From: Negaprion brevirostris
Taxonomy: Eukaryota
DNA length: 64,000 nucleotides
Direction of reading: 5' to 3'
NCBI GenBank assembly: GCA_030324005.1
Contig: JARDVH010000001.1
Location: forward strand, 118,766,502-118,830,501
In this document: piece by piece, positions 1 to 12,066 of the stretch
Layout of the letters: each line of letters opens with the position of its first letter
How positions within the stretch are numbered: position 1 is the stretch's first letter
Position numbers and translations under genes: made by a program
The notes under the pieces: model-generated
The model's input: the letters and a program-made list of their open reading frames with translations, nothing else
Database searches by the model: none
What the model was told of the DNA's origin: nothing

Positions 1-325
1 CCAAAGGTAGGGGAGTCTAAAACTAGAGGGCGTAGGTTTAAGGTGAGAGGGGAGAGATACAAAAGTGTCCAGAGGGGAAATTCTTCAGGGTGGTCAGTGT
101 CTGGGAGAAGCTGCCAGAAGTGGTAGTAGAGGCAAGTACAATTTTGTCTTTTAAAAAGCATTTAGATAGTTACATAGGTAAGATGTGGATAGAGGGATAG
201 GGGCCAAAAGTGGGCAATTAGGATTAGTTTAGGGGTTTAAAAGAAAAGGGTGGCATGGACAAGTTGGGCCGAAGGACCTGTTTCCATGCTGCAAACCTCT
301 AGGACTCTAACTCTATGACTCTATG
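1..325 (+). mobile_element. CR1-family LINE 3' end
   Basis: CR1 C-terminal/3'UTR motifs (aaaactagagggcgtaggtttaaggtgagagggg; ggcatggacaagttgggccgaagg...tgtttccatgctg) ending in a gactctaactctatgactctatg tail. Confidence 0.85.
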
Positions 326-960
326 CTTCACTGAGATTTTTCAATAGTACTTGAGCAACAGATGTTATTGTGAAGTGGAGTTGATCTTCGGTGTTCTTGG
401 ATACTGGCATTATTACAACCTAAATATAACACCAATGCTCCCTAGCACGGAAACTTCAGAGCAATCCTTTCAGTTCCATATTTTATTGAGATGTTATATG
501 CATTAGTATCAATTGGATGTTCTAAATCTTTTTTTTAAAAGCCAGGGAAAATATTCAGAAGACTCAAGATCTATCATAAGGTTATCATCAAAACTGAAGA
601 GAACATTACAGAAGGTTAAGTAAATTGAGAAGTGACTAGGAAATTTGAGCTTGGGCTTGAATTCCTGTCAGGGGAGCTGCATAGTTTTGAGCTCCTCAAA
701 GAAAACACATTGGGTTAAAGTCGTAAACTGCGCTGAAGTTGTGAGGATTCAGCAAGAGTGTAAGGGAAAAATGTTGGAAATTTAGGAGGAAGCGAGCAAT
801 GTTTAGAAAAGTCACTACAATGGCAGGGTTAAAAAAAACTGTTATACTCCTCAAAATTTGGCACTCAGAAGAGACTTATTGTGTGACCAGATGGCTTTGA
901 TTTTTAATTCTTGGTCTCCATGTGTAAAAGCAATCTGATGTTACCAGGAATGGCAATTTT

Positions 961-1278
961 AGAATCCATGCTGTGCAGAAGGAGGCCATTTGGCCCATTG
1001 AGTCTGCACCGACAATAGTCCCACCCAGCCATATCTCGGTAACCCCACTCATTTACTCTGCTAATCCCCCTGACACTATGGGGCAATTTAGCATAGCCAC
1101 TCAACCTAATCTGCACGTCTTTGGAGCGTGGGAGGAAGCCAGAACATCCAGAAGAAACCCACACAGACATGGGGAGAATGTGCAAACCCTACACAGATAG
1201 TGACCCGAGACCAAAATTGAACCTGGGTCCTTGGTGCTGTGAGGCAGCAGTGCTAACCACTGTGCCACTGTGCTGCCC
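961..1278 (-). mobile_element. HE1-type tRNA-derived SINE
   Basis: Minus strand starts gggcagcacagtggcacagtggttagcactgctgcctcacagc (A/B-box head), then the central gtggagtttgcacattctccc-type core and a CR1-like 3' tail. Confidence 0.9.
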
Positions 1279-2229
1279 AATAAATGCATCAATGCATTAT
1301 AATTTAAAAGTTAAGAGATGAGCTGCAGTTTACATTTTGCAGCCCCAGTCATATTAATATGCAAAATATGCTCTGTAAGGATGGGAAAGAATTAATTGAA
1401 ATTGAACTCTTTGGCAGGAAAAGGCTCAGGAGAATTTCTGCCTTACTAATGTTCATAAGATTAGTTACTGAACAATGGGGCATTATCCCACAGGCCAGTT
1501 GTCCTATAAGCAGGGCATTGTACAGGGGACAATTCATTTCAAAGTTGAGATTTAGCAATGGGATTAACTGAATGCATTTTTCAGTGGTGTGTGTTAAGTT
1601 GGACATCTTTTATTTAAGGACCATGGCACTAGGGTAATTGCTGCAGTATTTTGTGAATGAATCTAAATTTGTTCCTGTAGATTCTATTTATTATGCTGCC
1701 ACACGGAGTAGAGCCCACACATTTTCAAATAATCAGTGATTGAGCTTGTATGCAAAGTCAAGTTGCTAACACTTTCCTCCTTTGGGCTGTCCCATTTCCT
1801 TATATCGCTGTCATTTGGACATCCACTGTGCCGCATCCATACATTAAGTACTTTAAGTACTAGTGTGATCATTGTGGATGAATTTCACTGTACTGCTTTT
1901 AGTTAAATGCGTGACTGGGCAGGAAGTTGTACATAAGTGTGCTTCAGTTGACTGGCATATCTTTTGCTAGCTATCCAATAACATGTTGAATAATGCTTGC
2001 TCCAAACCAAAACCTTCTGATACTTTGCCCTGTGCAACCACAATTCATTGTTGCACAATTACCTAATGGTTATAAATAGGGTAGCACGATCAAAATGATA
2101 TGTCATTTGTATTGTGGTTGCATCTTCCATCAAAGCCATGAATCATTCTAAAACCTTTTGCTTTTGAGGATATAATACTGTAGCTTTGTGAAGTAATTAA
2201 TCATTTTCTTCTGAAGTCCCAAAGTTAGA

Positions 2230-2520
2230 GGCTTTCTGATGTTTAATCACATCATTTTGCACCTTGGATTATTGTCACACAGCAGCTTCAACTTATTATG
2301 TGAGATCTCACAACAGCAATGACCAGATAACCTGTTTTAGTGATATTGTTAATGGAAAAATATTTACCATGACATTAGGAAATACTGTCTGATTGTCTTT
2401 GAAATAGTGTCATGTCCACCTCAGAGGGCAGGTAGTTTAACATCTCATCTGAAAGACAATACCTTCAACCATGCAGCATTTATTCAGCAATGGGTTTGGA
2501 AAATTAGTCTAGATTTATGG
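2230..2520 (-). mobile_element. Deu-domain (SacSINE1/AmnSINE-like) SINE fragment
   Basis: Reverse complement of Deu-type core (tttaacatctcatctgaaagac...gcagca; gaccagataa...gttttagtgat). Similar to the copies at 20697-21100 and 45810-46240. Confidence 0.6.
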
Positions 2521-4103
2521 CGTAGGAAAGAAACTACTACTCAAACATTTCTTTGAGCAGTGGACAGCCTGAAAAGGTCACTGAAAAATAATTGTCTGAA
2601 GAAACCTTACTGGGACTGTGTTCACCTACTTTACAATAGAACAGGAATTACTGGAAATACATAGGAGATCAGGCAGTATCCTCAGTGAGGAAGATCAGTC
2701 GATACTTTTATCAGAACCAAGACAGAGAAATGGAACTTCAAGACTACATGCTTAGAAGAGGGGTGACAGTAAAACAAATTAATGTACAGATCTTTAAGAA
2801 TCATGGAGTAGATTTTGGTCTTTACTACCTGGGTATTATAGTGAAATGCTCTTAATGTGTCAAACCGCCCCCACGCCCCATATTCTTCCTGCCCATCCAG
2901 TGCTCTGACGCTTCTTGGAGACAGCGGGTGGGTGAACCTCTTCAGGCCTTCTCAAGTTCTGTTTCTGTATTGTTAGGAGAATGCTGGCGACGGGGCAGGA
3001 AAAGCTAACTGTAGGCTACAGATGGGTTGAAACATTAATATGAGAATGTGCAACATTTGTTTGTCTTAAACAGACAGAAAAATAATCATGAATTTTACAC
3101 TCCCTGGGCATTCATAGTCAATATAATGAATTGCAAAATCCTATTATTGGTGTGATATACCAGCCCCATGGATTTTTCATGCAATTTATATCTTCAGGAA
3201 GGCTACCTCAACAGTAATTATGACCAACAGTGTCCAGATAGATGATGCTGCTTGGAACAGTGAAAATCAGGTTTCAGCACTAATTTCAACTGGCCCTGCT
3301 AAGTTTGGATTTACTACCTTTGTGACCTTTGCCTTACCCCCTTCCCCCTGCAAGCGTAAGTGGGCTCTGATGGAAATAAGCCAACTCCACACTCCACAGT
3401 TTTAGTTCTCTTAACATCAATGGTATTGGTTGCCCAAATATTCCGGTTGATAAGTACATCATCAAATATTTTATTAAGTAATATGGAGCTGTAAGGTTCC
3501 CTCACCCTCATTTGCTGAGTTGGCCCAGCTGACCTACAAAAGATTACAGGCATTACAATTATTCTCAAAGCCACCCGATTTGAGGAGGATAAAAATTTAC
3601 GCGACCTGCAGGATAAATGAGGTTTGGTGCAACCAGATTTGGTGTCAATAGTGATGTCAAAGGCTGAAATATCTCTTCAGCTGAGATGGGAAGTGGAACA
3701 ATGATCTGTGACTTCAGATCCCCACCTACCTTTGCCCCAACTTTGAGTTGTTTCCCACAATTGTGCTTTCTAGTTGTTGTGCCATATCCTGCACAGGAAG
3801 CCTCTTTCTGCAACTCTGTGTGTTAAGGTCAGCTGACTTTGAACAGTTATGTCATTAGATCATTTTAGGTTTGGTAATGCAGAGACCTCTAACTTCGGCT
3901 AATTGACACACGAAGGTGCATGAAAGCGTAGTTTGTTCAAGTAGATCTGTACATAAATCCCCGTGGATAACCGGAAACATGACAGGGTATTATAACATTA
4001 GAGGGTGAGTGTGTTCCAAAACGCTCCAGGAGTCGCCGATTACACTCAAGCTATTTTAAATCAATATGATGAGGAATCCATTTCTCAATTTGGATATTGT
4101 TTA

Positions 4104-4350
4104 TAGGAACAAAACAGTAGAATTAGGCCATTTTGCCCCTCAAGCCTGGTCGGCCATTGAACTAGATCATAGCTGATCTTCTATCTCAATGCCATCTTCC
4201 TGCACTATTCTATACCCCTTGATATCATTGGTATCTAGAAATCTAATCAACTTCAGCTTTGAAGATACGCAGTGACTCAGCTTCCACAGTCCTCTGGGGT
4301 AGCAAATTCCAAAGATTCTTCATTGAAGAAATTTTTCCTCATCTCGGTTC
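4104..4350 (-). mobile_element. CR1 LINE 3' fragment
   Basis: ggccattttgcccctcaagcctg...gatcatagctgatc and ctctggggtagcaaattccaaagatt are CR1 3' motifs in reverse. Confidence 0.7.
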
Positions 4351-4524
4351 TGCTTTGTTGCTTTATGCATTTGGGTACTTATTTACTCTATTGGCTGTGA
4401 AACACTTTGAGATGACCTAAGGTTGTAAAAATCTCGACATGAAGTTTTTTTAAATGGATGAAAATTTGAACGATCCCAACGAATGGAGATTGCTGGACCA
4501 AAAAAAAAGTGTTTTTTTTAACAA

Positions 4525-5757
4525 GCAAAACCGAAAATGTTGCAAAATCTCAGCAGGCCTGACAGCATTTTTAGAGAGAGAACATAGCTACAGCTAGAAT
4601 AGAGAAAATTAGAGCACAGGAGCAGGCCCTTTGGTCCTCCAAGCCTGCACCGACCATGCTGCCCGACTTAACTAAACCGTCTACTCTTATGGGGACCGTA
4701 TCCCTCCAATACCATCCTATTTGTGTATTTGTCCAGATGCCCCTTAAAACTCACTATCGTATCTATTTCTACTATCTCCCCGGCAGTGAGTTCCAGACAC
4801 CCACCACTCTGAGTAAAAAAAACTTGCCTCGTACATCTCCTTTAAACCTTGCCCCTTGCACCTTAAACCTATGCCCCTAGGAAAAAGCTTCTAACTGTTC
4901 ACCCTGTCCATGCCCCTCATAATCTTGGAGACTTTTATCAGGCTGCTCCTCAGCCTCCATCATTCCAGTGAGAACAAACCAGGTTTCTCTAACCTCTTCT
5001 CATAGCTAATGCCCTCCATGCCAGGCAACATCCCAATAAATCTTCTTTGTACCCACTCCAAAGCCTCCACATCCTTCTGGTAGTGTGGTGACCAGAATTG
5101 AACACTATATTCCAAGTGCGACCTAGCTAAGGGTCTATAAAGCTGGAACATGAAGGGCCAATTTTTAAATTTAGTGCCTNNNNNNNNNNNNNNNNNNNNN
5201 NNNNNNNNNNNNNNNNNNNNNNNNNNNNNNNNNNNNNNNNNNNNNNNNNNNNNNNNNNNNNNNNNNNNNNNNNNNNNNNNNNNNNNNNNNNNNNNNNNNN
5301 NNNNNNNNNNNNNNNNNNNNNNNNNNNNNNNNNNNNNNNNNNNNNNNNNNNNNNNNNNNNNNNNNNNNNNNNNNNNNNNNNNNNNNNNNNNNNNNNNNNN
5401 NNNNNNNNNNNNNNNNNNNNNNNNNNNNNNNNNNNNNNNNNNNNNGTGTCATCTGCAAACTTACTAATCAAACCAATTACAGTTTCTTCCAGATCATTTA
5501 TGTACATTACGAACATCAAAGGTCCCAGCGCTGATCCCTGAGGAACGCCACTTGTCACAGCCCTCCATTCAGAGAACCACTCTCCTACTGCTACCCACTG
5601 TCTTCTATGACTGAGTCAGTTCTGCATCCACCTTGCCAGCTCATCTCTGATCCATGCAACTTCACCTTCTGCACCAAAAACATGCCAGACCTGCTAAGAT
5701 TTTCCAGCATTATCTATTCTTGTTTCAGATTCTAATATCTGCAATAATTTGCTTTTA
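4525..5757. repeat. Penelope-like short fold-back repeat split by the CR1 insertion (arms 4525-4592 and 5680-5757)
   Basis: Left arm aaaatctcagcaggcctgacagcat is inverted relative to right arm atgccagacctgctaagattttccagcatt. The same family occurs at ~2640, 8795, 10770, 12678 and 32078. Confidence 0.55.
4597..5676 (-). mobile_element. CR1 LINE (RT C-terminus and 3'UTR, spans an N gap)
   Basis: Translations [23 protein letters not shown]...SKFADD and HLEYSVQFWSPHYQKDVEALE are CR1 RT motifs. It is inserted between two inverted arms of a Penelope-like repeat (4525-4592 and 5680-5757). Confidence 0.9.
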
Positions 5758-8700
5758 CATAATTACTTTTTCTTAATGTGTGCATTTTCTCCACTATCTC
5801 ATGAAATTGGAAAAGTCTGAGTAATACTTGATTTTTCTTTGCAACCATGTCATTTCCACACATTTCAGCTGCATTCTTCTTTAATATCAACAACAACTAG
5901 TATTTATACAGAACCTTTAGCATGGTGAAATGCACCAAGATATTTTACAAGATCTGAGTGTCCTAAAATGCATTAAAGTCAACCAAGTATTTTTAAAGCA
6001 GAATCAGGGTTGTAACATAGGATACTGCTACAGCAAGTCTCTGCAACTTCTCCAGGTACTTCTGATATTCACTTTCTCTCCCAGTACATCCATCCAACCC
6101 TTAGCCCACAACTCCCTTGTCCTCAATTCTCAGCTGGGCTTTTGCTTCAGTGCCATTCTGGTGGAATGCCATTTTGTCACAAGTACATTACTCCAAAAAA
6201 GGTGTTAAACTGTGGACCCATTTACTTGTTTCATTTGATGCAACAGATCACATAGCCCTTTTGAAGAAAGGCTAGACTTTTCTCCGGTGACTTCACCAAC
6301 ATTCCCCATTGACCAGCCATCCTTTATCTGCTGGTTGATCTTGCCATGCACATGTTGGCTGTATCCTGAGTTACGTTTTAGAAAGCAGTTCATTAACCAT
6401 GAAGTGCTTTGGCTGATCTAAGAGAAGTGATTACATGCCCTGTTAATGCAAGATTTTTCTCGTGAGCAGAACTGCAGGTGATTCATTGTTTTTATTGACT
6501 TAGTTTTTTTTAACATTGTATTTTTCAAACATTGTAAGCTTACATAACAATATTTCCTCACAGTATTTTTAAAAATCCACCTTTCAAGGAAGGTCTTTGT
6601 AGCTTCATAGCCCAAAGGTAATGAACAATGAAAATTACATTTGTTTCAAAAATTTAAGCAGGCATATTTTCTGATCATCAAAGTTCAGGTACAAAATGCT
6701 TAAGATAAACTACTTAGTAGCTACTTAAAAATAGAACACAAGGAGTAAACAGTTGGACCTTGATGACTGGAAAATGCACTTGAATAAATCTGTAATGATC
6801 ACATGAGATGTAAATATTCTACATATACGAAATAAGATATTTTTGAATGAAAACTGATGAGTAATGTACCTCGCTTTGGATAGTAAATACAATGTTGGTG
6901 TCTAATCAGTTTATACTTTCCAGCAAATATATGCATAATCTGGGACAGATGTCACCAGATCAGCTGCTAACACATTATTTGCTGCATTATTAACCACTTT
7001 CCATGAAACACCCTCTATTTGGTGCTAATCCAAATGACTAAATGAAAGAAATTAGAGCGACATGAGTGGGCCTTTCATAGCTGAAGGGTGCCAATGGGTC
7101 TTCCTGTGGTTAACATTTTCATGGTTTAGGTCGCATTCTTTTCTAGTTAATTGTTTTGACTTTTCCACAGTAGACACGAGCAGTATGGTCATGTCAGCCT
7201 TTTGTGATCGTGTAGTTGCCGGTGGCTTTCCACAAGATCCTCTCTCATTCTTTTTTGCTGCAGTTGATGACTAAAGAAACATGCATGTCCTTGATCAGTT
7301 GCCAGGACAACCATCATGCATGAGTGGAAAAGTTCATTACAGCTGTTTTTGCAAATGAAGTATGGATCTCTCTGCGATAGGTTTTTTAAGAAGTGACTAA
7401 TCCAATATGTTAGTAATCTGTGTGACAGTATGAATAATTTCATAAATATTTTAATTACACTGTCTGCAGGTGTCTGATTTGCATAATCAGAGCCATCCAG
7501 GAGTAATGGGACTTGGCTCAGTTTATTCAAACATATGTGCATACAGAATCATATCCCTTATCTTCTGGCCTGCAAGGTCAGGTTATTATTGTGTCTGCTT
7601 AATAGGAACCAGAGTGGTGGACGTGTTGTGAATTGACTTGTGTTAGCTGGTATGTTATATTCCACAGCTGCAGCATCCATTGGGATATCTTTTCTTCTGC
7701 CTTTGTTTACAGTGCATCAAAATGAAAACCAGATCAAAGTCCATTTCCATTTTTCCAGCTTCCTGAAAATATTCATATGATAATCATAAGCTTCTTTGCT
7801 GTATTATGTTTACCAGTTGTTCTTGCCTACCTCCATGCCTTTAATCTCTGGCCCTGTATGTTGACAGATTAAAGTGACACAGCCTCTGACAGTGCAGCAC
7901 TGGGATTTAGTTTGGCCCATGTAGTTTGTGTGTGGGTGTGGGGCATGGAGTTAATTTAAGATGATGGAATGCGAGAATGTGTCTTTTTAATTCCCTGATT
8001 CAGTGTATTGAACTGCCGCTTCAGAGTAAACTTCAAGGGTTGTGAAAAATAAATGTAGACCCAGCTTTACAGTCACTGAAAACGGTAGTGCTATTGTCAA
8101 CTACTGAGAATCTTTGATCATGATTTCTGCTAATGATCTTACACCACTGAATTTGTTTATGCAGCCCTGTGGCTGGTGCAAGAGTTGAGGCCACTCTAAA
8201 TGCCTGTGTCACTTGCAAGACCTTTTCTGCATCTGGGTTTCTATCAGTGGGCTCAAGGCTCTGTGTGACTATGGACCCACAGGGAAGTGTGTCATTGACA
8301 TGAGTAACAATATAATTGTTTTATTTTCTAAATTTCCATTTTTCCTTTTTCACAGTTAGGTTCTTTTATCAAAAAATTGAAGGACATGTTAAGAAAGAGT
8401 AGTTAATTTATCATAAAAGGAAGATTCATGAACTCAGGAATGCAGTATCCAAAGACCAACAGCAGTGTCTCAGATGGTTGCCTTCTGGCTATCCTATAAC
8501 CAATATTTGAAATGTACACAGCCAATTGTCCACACTGGCCCATGTGTCGGATCTTTTGAACCATGCACCGGGCAAGTGTGAACCTGCGTTGGGAATGTAC
8601 ACTTATAGTTTATCCANNNNNNNNNNNNNNNNNNNNNNNNNNNNNNNNNNNNNNNNNNNNNNNNNNNNNNNNNNNNNNNNNNNNNNNNNNNNNNNNNNNN

Positions 8701-9799
8701 NNNNNNNNNNNNNNNNATGATCTTGTTGAATGGCGGGGCAGGCTCGAAGGGCTGGATGGCCTACTCCTGCTCCTATTTCTTATGTTCTTATGTTTTTTAA
8801 TTCCAGCATTTCTTCTCAGATTTCCGGCATCTGCAGTATTTTGCTTTTGAATTAAGTGGGTAAATGGGGTCGAGGTACAGAGCAGTCACGATTGAATCAA
8901 GACTCGAGGGGCTGAATGGACAACCCTGTTCTTAATCTCCATCAATGTTGAGTTGCTGATATGAAAGGAATTGCCCACTAGTTAGATGACACCATGAATC
9001 TTTCCAAATCTGTGGGCGCAATACAAACAGAACAAACACCCCCACTCAGAAATCAAAATGAAAATCTGAGTAAAGCCCAGATTTTGAGAGGCTGTAATAC
9101 CCATGGACTGAAACCACACTTGATAAAGCTGAACAGAATTCAGGTTCCACATTCAGTGCAATACCAAAAGAGCACTGCATTGTCAAAGGGGCTGTAAAGA
9201 GCTTCAGGCTTTCCCTAGGTCATGGAAGATGCTATAGAAAAAGGTTCTTTTTTTGTAAAAAAAGATACTAAATCAAAACATTTAGGGACTGATAATGCAG
9301 ACGACTGCTGTCCACGAGGTCTTGAGTTGAAACCAAGAATGCAGTGGAGGTTTATGAGCTTCTGTGGTTATCTGACGTGCTTTTCGCAAGTTGGCCCAAG
9401 GCTGAGACTTTTTAACGTTATTACTGGACGGGAGCCATCGTGACTTGAATCACATTTTCCAGACATGGGCAACAGAAAATTGAGCTTGGAAAGCATCTTG
9501 CACAGCCTGACAGGAAAAAAAAACAGAGCCAAGCCCGAGAAACACAACTTTGAAAGCTCCCCCCAATCCTGAGTGTTTCCACGGAGAGGAGAAGATGGAT
9601 CACGTGCGGTGTGAGCACGGGAGCCAGAGTCAATCTAGGGAGGGCAGGGCTTGAAGTCTATTTGGAAATTGTTAAAAATTCACTCAAAACGAGAAGAAAG
9701 GAGGAAGTTTGGATTTATACAGGACTTTTCACCACCCCAGGATGTCTCAGTACTGGCTTGGGGATGGCTTGGTTACTCCTTCAAAATACTACAATGGGT

Positions 9800-9968
9800 T
9801 CATTTACATCCGGTTGAACAGATTTAACACCTCGCCCAAAGCACAGCACTTCCAACAGTGCAGCCCTCCCTCAGTATTGCACTGGGATGTTAACCTCAAT
9901 GACTGTTTGCAGCCCTGGAGTGAGACTTGAATCCAGAACTTTTCAACTCAGTCCTACCAACTGAGCCA
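9800..9968 (-). mobile_element. Deu-domain SINE fragment
   Basis: tttaacacctcgcccaaagcacagcacttccaacagtgcagccctccctcagtattgcactggg...ccaactgagcca. Confidence 0.6.
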
Positions 9969-10399
9969 ACTCCAGTGCTGTACGCCGCTAGGGCACAAAT
10001 CACCATGACCTGGATTTCTTGTGCGGAAGGGAAACTGGCCTTCAAGAGCCAGCCTCAATACCAAAACCAGCAACTTGAACCCTAACCCTGCACTCTCGAG
10101 CAGGTTAACATTTACAGTTCACTTACCTTCCTGATTTGCTGCAGTGGGCGGGAGGCCAGCTTTCTTGCCGTGGAGTGCACGTTGGATTTGTCGTCGTTAT
10201 CAGACACTCTCTCCAGGTCACGTAACATTCTCCCTTGCTTCAACTCCATCTGCAATTAAATCCAGAAAGCAAATCCCTGGCTTTAGGATCAAGGTCAGGT
10301 TGTGCAGACTTGGCCTGTGCGCCCACTGAGTTTGAACAGCAGAGAGATAGTTGCCTCACCCATCTAGAGCACTACTACGTAAACACCAGCTGCTTACAA

Positions 10400-10710
10400 C
10401 AATAACTTGCATCTATATAACACCCCCGGCACACCATATCGCTGCAAGGTGCTTACCAGGGGACGTTACAAAGCATCTCAACATAGAGAGATTAGGAAGA
10501 TTGGCTAAATATTGAATCAAAGGGCTAGGTTTTAAGGAATGTCTTATAAGGGGCAGAACGAGAGAGGGAGAGAAAGAGAGAGATAGTGATGCAAGAGGTT
10601 TAGAGTGGGAAAGGTTAGTGCTTAGTTGGCTAGAGGAACGGCTCCCAATAGTAGGGTGATGAAAATGAGGATGTTTAAGAGGCAGCATTAGGCGAATGTA
10701 GAAATTCCTT
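10400..10710 (-). mobile_element. L2-like LINE 3' fragment
   Basis: aacttgcatctatataacacc tail and ggttttaaggaatgtctta. Similar tails occur at ~5890, 17090, 36200, 52650, 57270 and 61400. Confidence 0.5.
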
Positions 10711-11805
10711 GGAATTGTTTGACAAACTGTATGAAAATTAAAAGCTTTCAATAACATCTACACCTATTTAGAAAGAGCTGCATCAGTCTGGACTTAACTC
10801 CATTTCTCTCTCCACTCACGCTGCCAGACCTGCCAAGTTTATCCAGCGCTTTCTTTTTCTCTTAGTTTTATTCTCCCACCCCTCTGCTGAAATCATTAAC
10901 TCCTTACAGGACTAGAATTCCAAGATGTTATCAGGCACTGGTACCTCAACTTTGTGAATGATTCTGGATAACTTTTTTTAACCTTTAGAGGCATTGCAGT
11001 GACCTTGATTCTGCTATCTTCTGATATCTACACTTATGCAGCTCCAGCAAGGATAGTTATTAGTAATGGGCACAATGAACAATTTTCCTCTTTCTAACAC
11101 TTGCCGCTAGATCAATTATAGCACCGGTTCTGCTTTTTGGTTTGACTGTTGCTGGGTGAATTTGATGAAACTGTGTAGGACTCAGATAAACCAGATTCCT
11201 CAACTTAAAAGGAGTTAGTTTTATTACTAAAATTCACTCAAATAGAGATGCAGAAATTGTCAACAAAGATTTGAAATGTATTAATATGTCCAGTTTCTCA
11301 CTAATGGGGGAAAAAAAAAACACCTAAACAGCTTAGCCTGGCATTCACAAAAAAAAACTTTACAGAGTGTCAGATGTTAAAATCTGGCCACTTTTTAAAA
11401 AAATGTTAAAGTAAAAAAAAATTCATGGATTGTCCGAATGCTTACTCAGAGCTGTAGTCACTTTCTGTGGGTGGCTGCTGGTACTTCAATTTCTCATTGA
11501 AGCAGTTGCTCTGCAGTCATGATTGGTTGAGTCCCATTTCTCTTGACAACAGTGGTGATAAGTTAGAATCCTCCTTTAAGAATGCTTTGTTTGCAGCAGT
11601 AAGGTCTTTTTGTGGGTTTTTAAACCATAAACAAGATTCAGCTTTATTGAGGGAGGTTTCAGAAAGGTGGCGAGGTAAGCATGTTGCACCAACTTGCCTG
11701 TGTCATTCTCATGTCTCTTCGTTTAAGTCAGGTCTATTTTATAGCCAAGAACGGGACTTTGGGACTTGTCTTAGCCATTGCCTCTGAGAGCTCTGTAGAT
11801 TCCAT

Positions 11806-11930
11806 GAGTGGGATTTTATGGCCTAGCTTGACCCACACCGAAAAATACTATCCGAGGTCAACAGACATTTCTGTTGTCTGCCCCTCACCCACTCTGATTC
11901 TGTGATGGGCGAGGTGATAAAATTCTAGCG
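11806..11930 (+). mobile_element. PIF/Harbinger-like MITE (~125 bp), copy 1 of an inverted pair
   Basis: Imperfect TIRs GAGTGGGATTTTAT / ATAAAATTCTAGCG with CAT on both sides. Homologous to 36668-36794. Confidence 0.7.
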
Positions 11931-11933
11931 CAT

Positions 11934-12066
11934 GGTTGGAATTTTCCTGTCAAGCCCATCACAAGAATTGTGCTGATGGGGTGGAGGGGGCAGATCATGC
12001 AAAGGTCCGTTGACCTTGGGTGGGATTTTCTGGTTTTGGGGCAAGCATGTCTGGAAAATTCCACCC
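11934..12066 (-). mobile_element. PIF/Harbinger-like MITE (~133 bp), copy 2 of an inverted pair
   Basis: TIRs GGTTGGAATTTTCC / GGAAAATTCCACCC with a CAT 3-bp TSD. Internal gtccgttgaccttgg is the near reverse complement of ccgaggtcaacagac in copy 1. Confidence 0.75.
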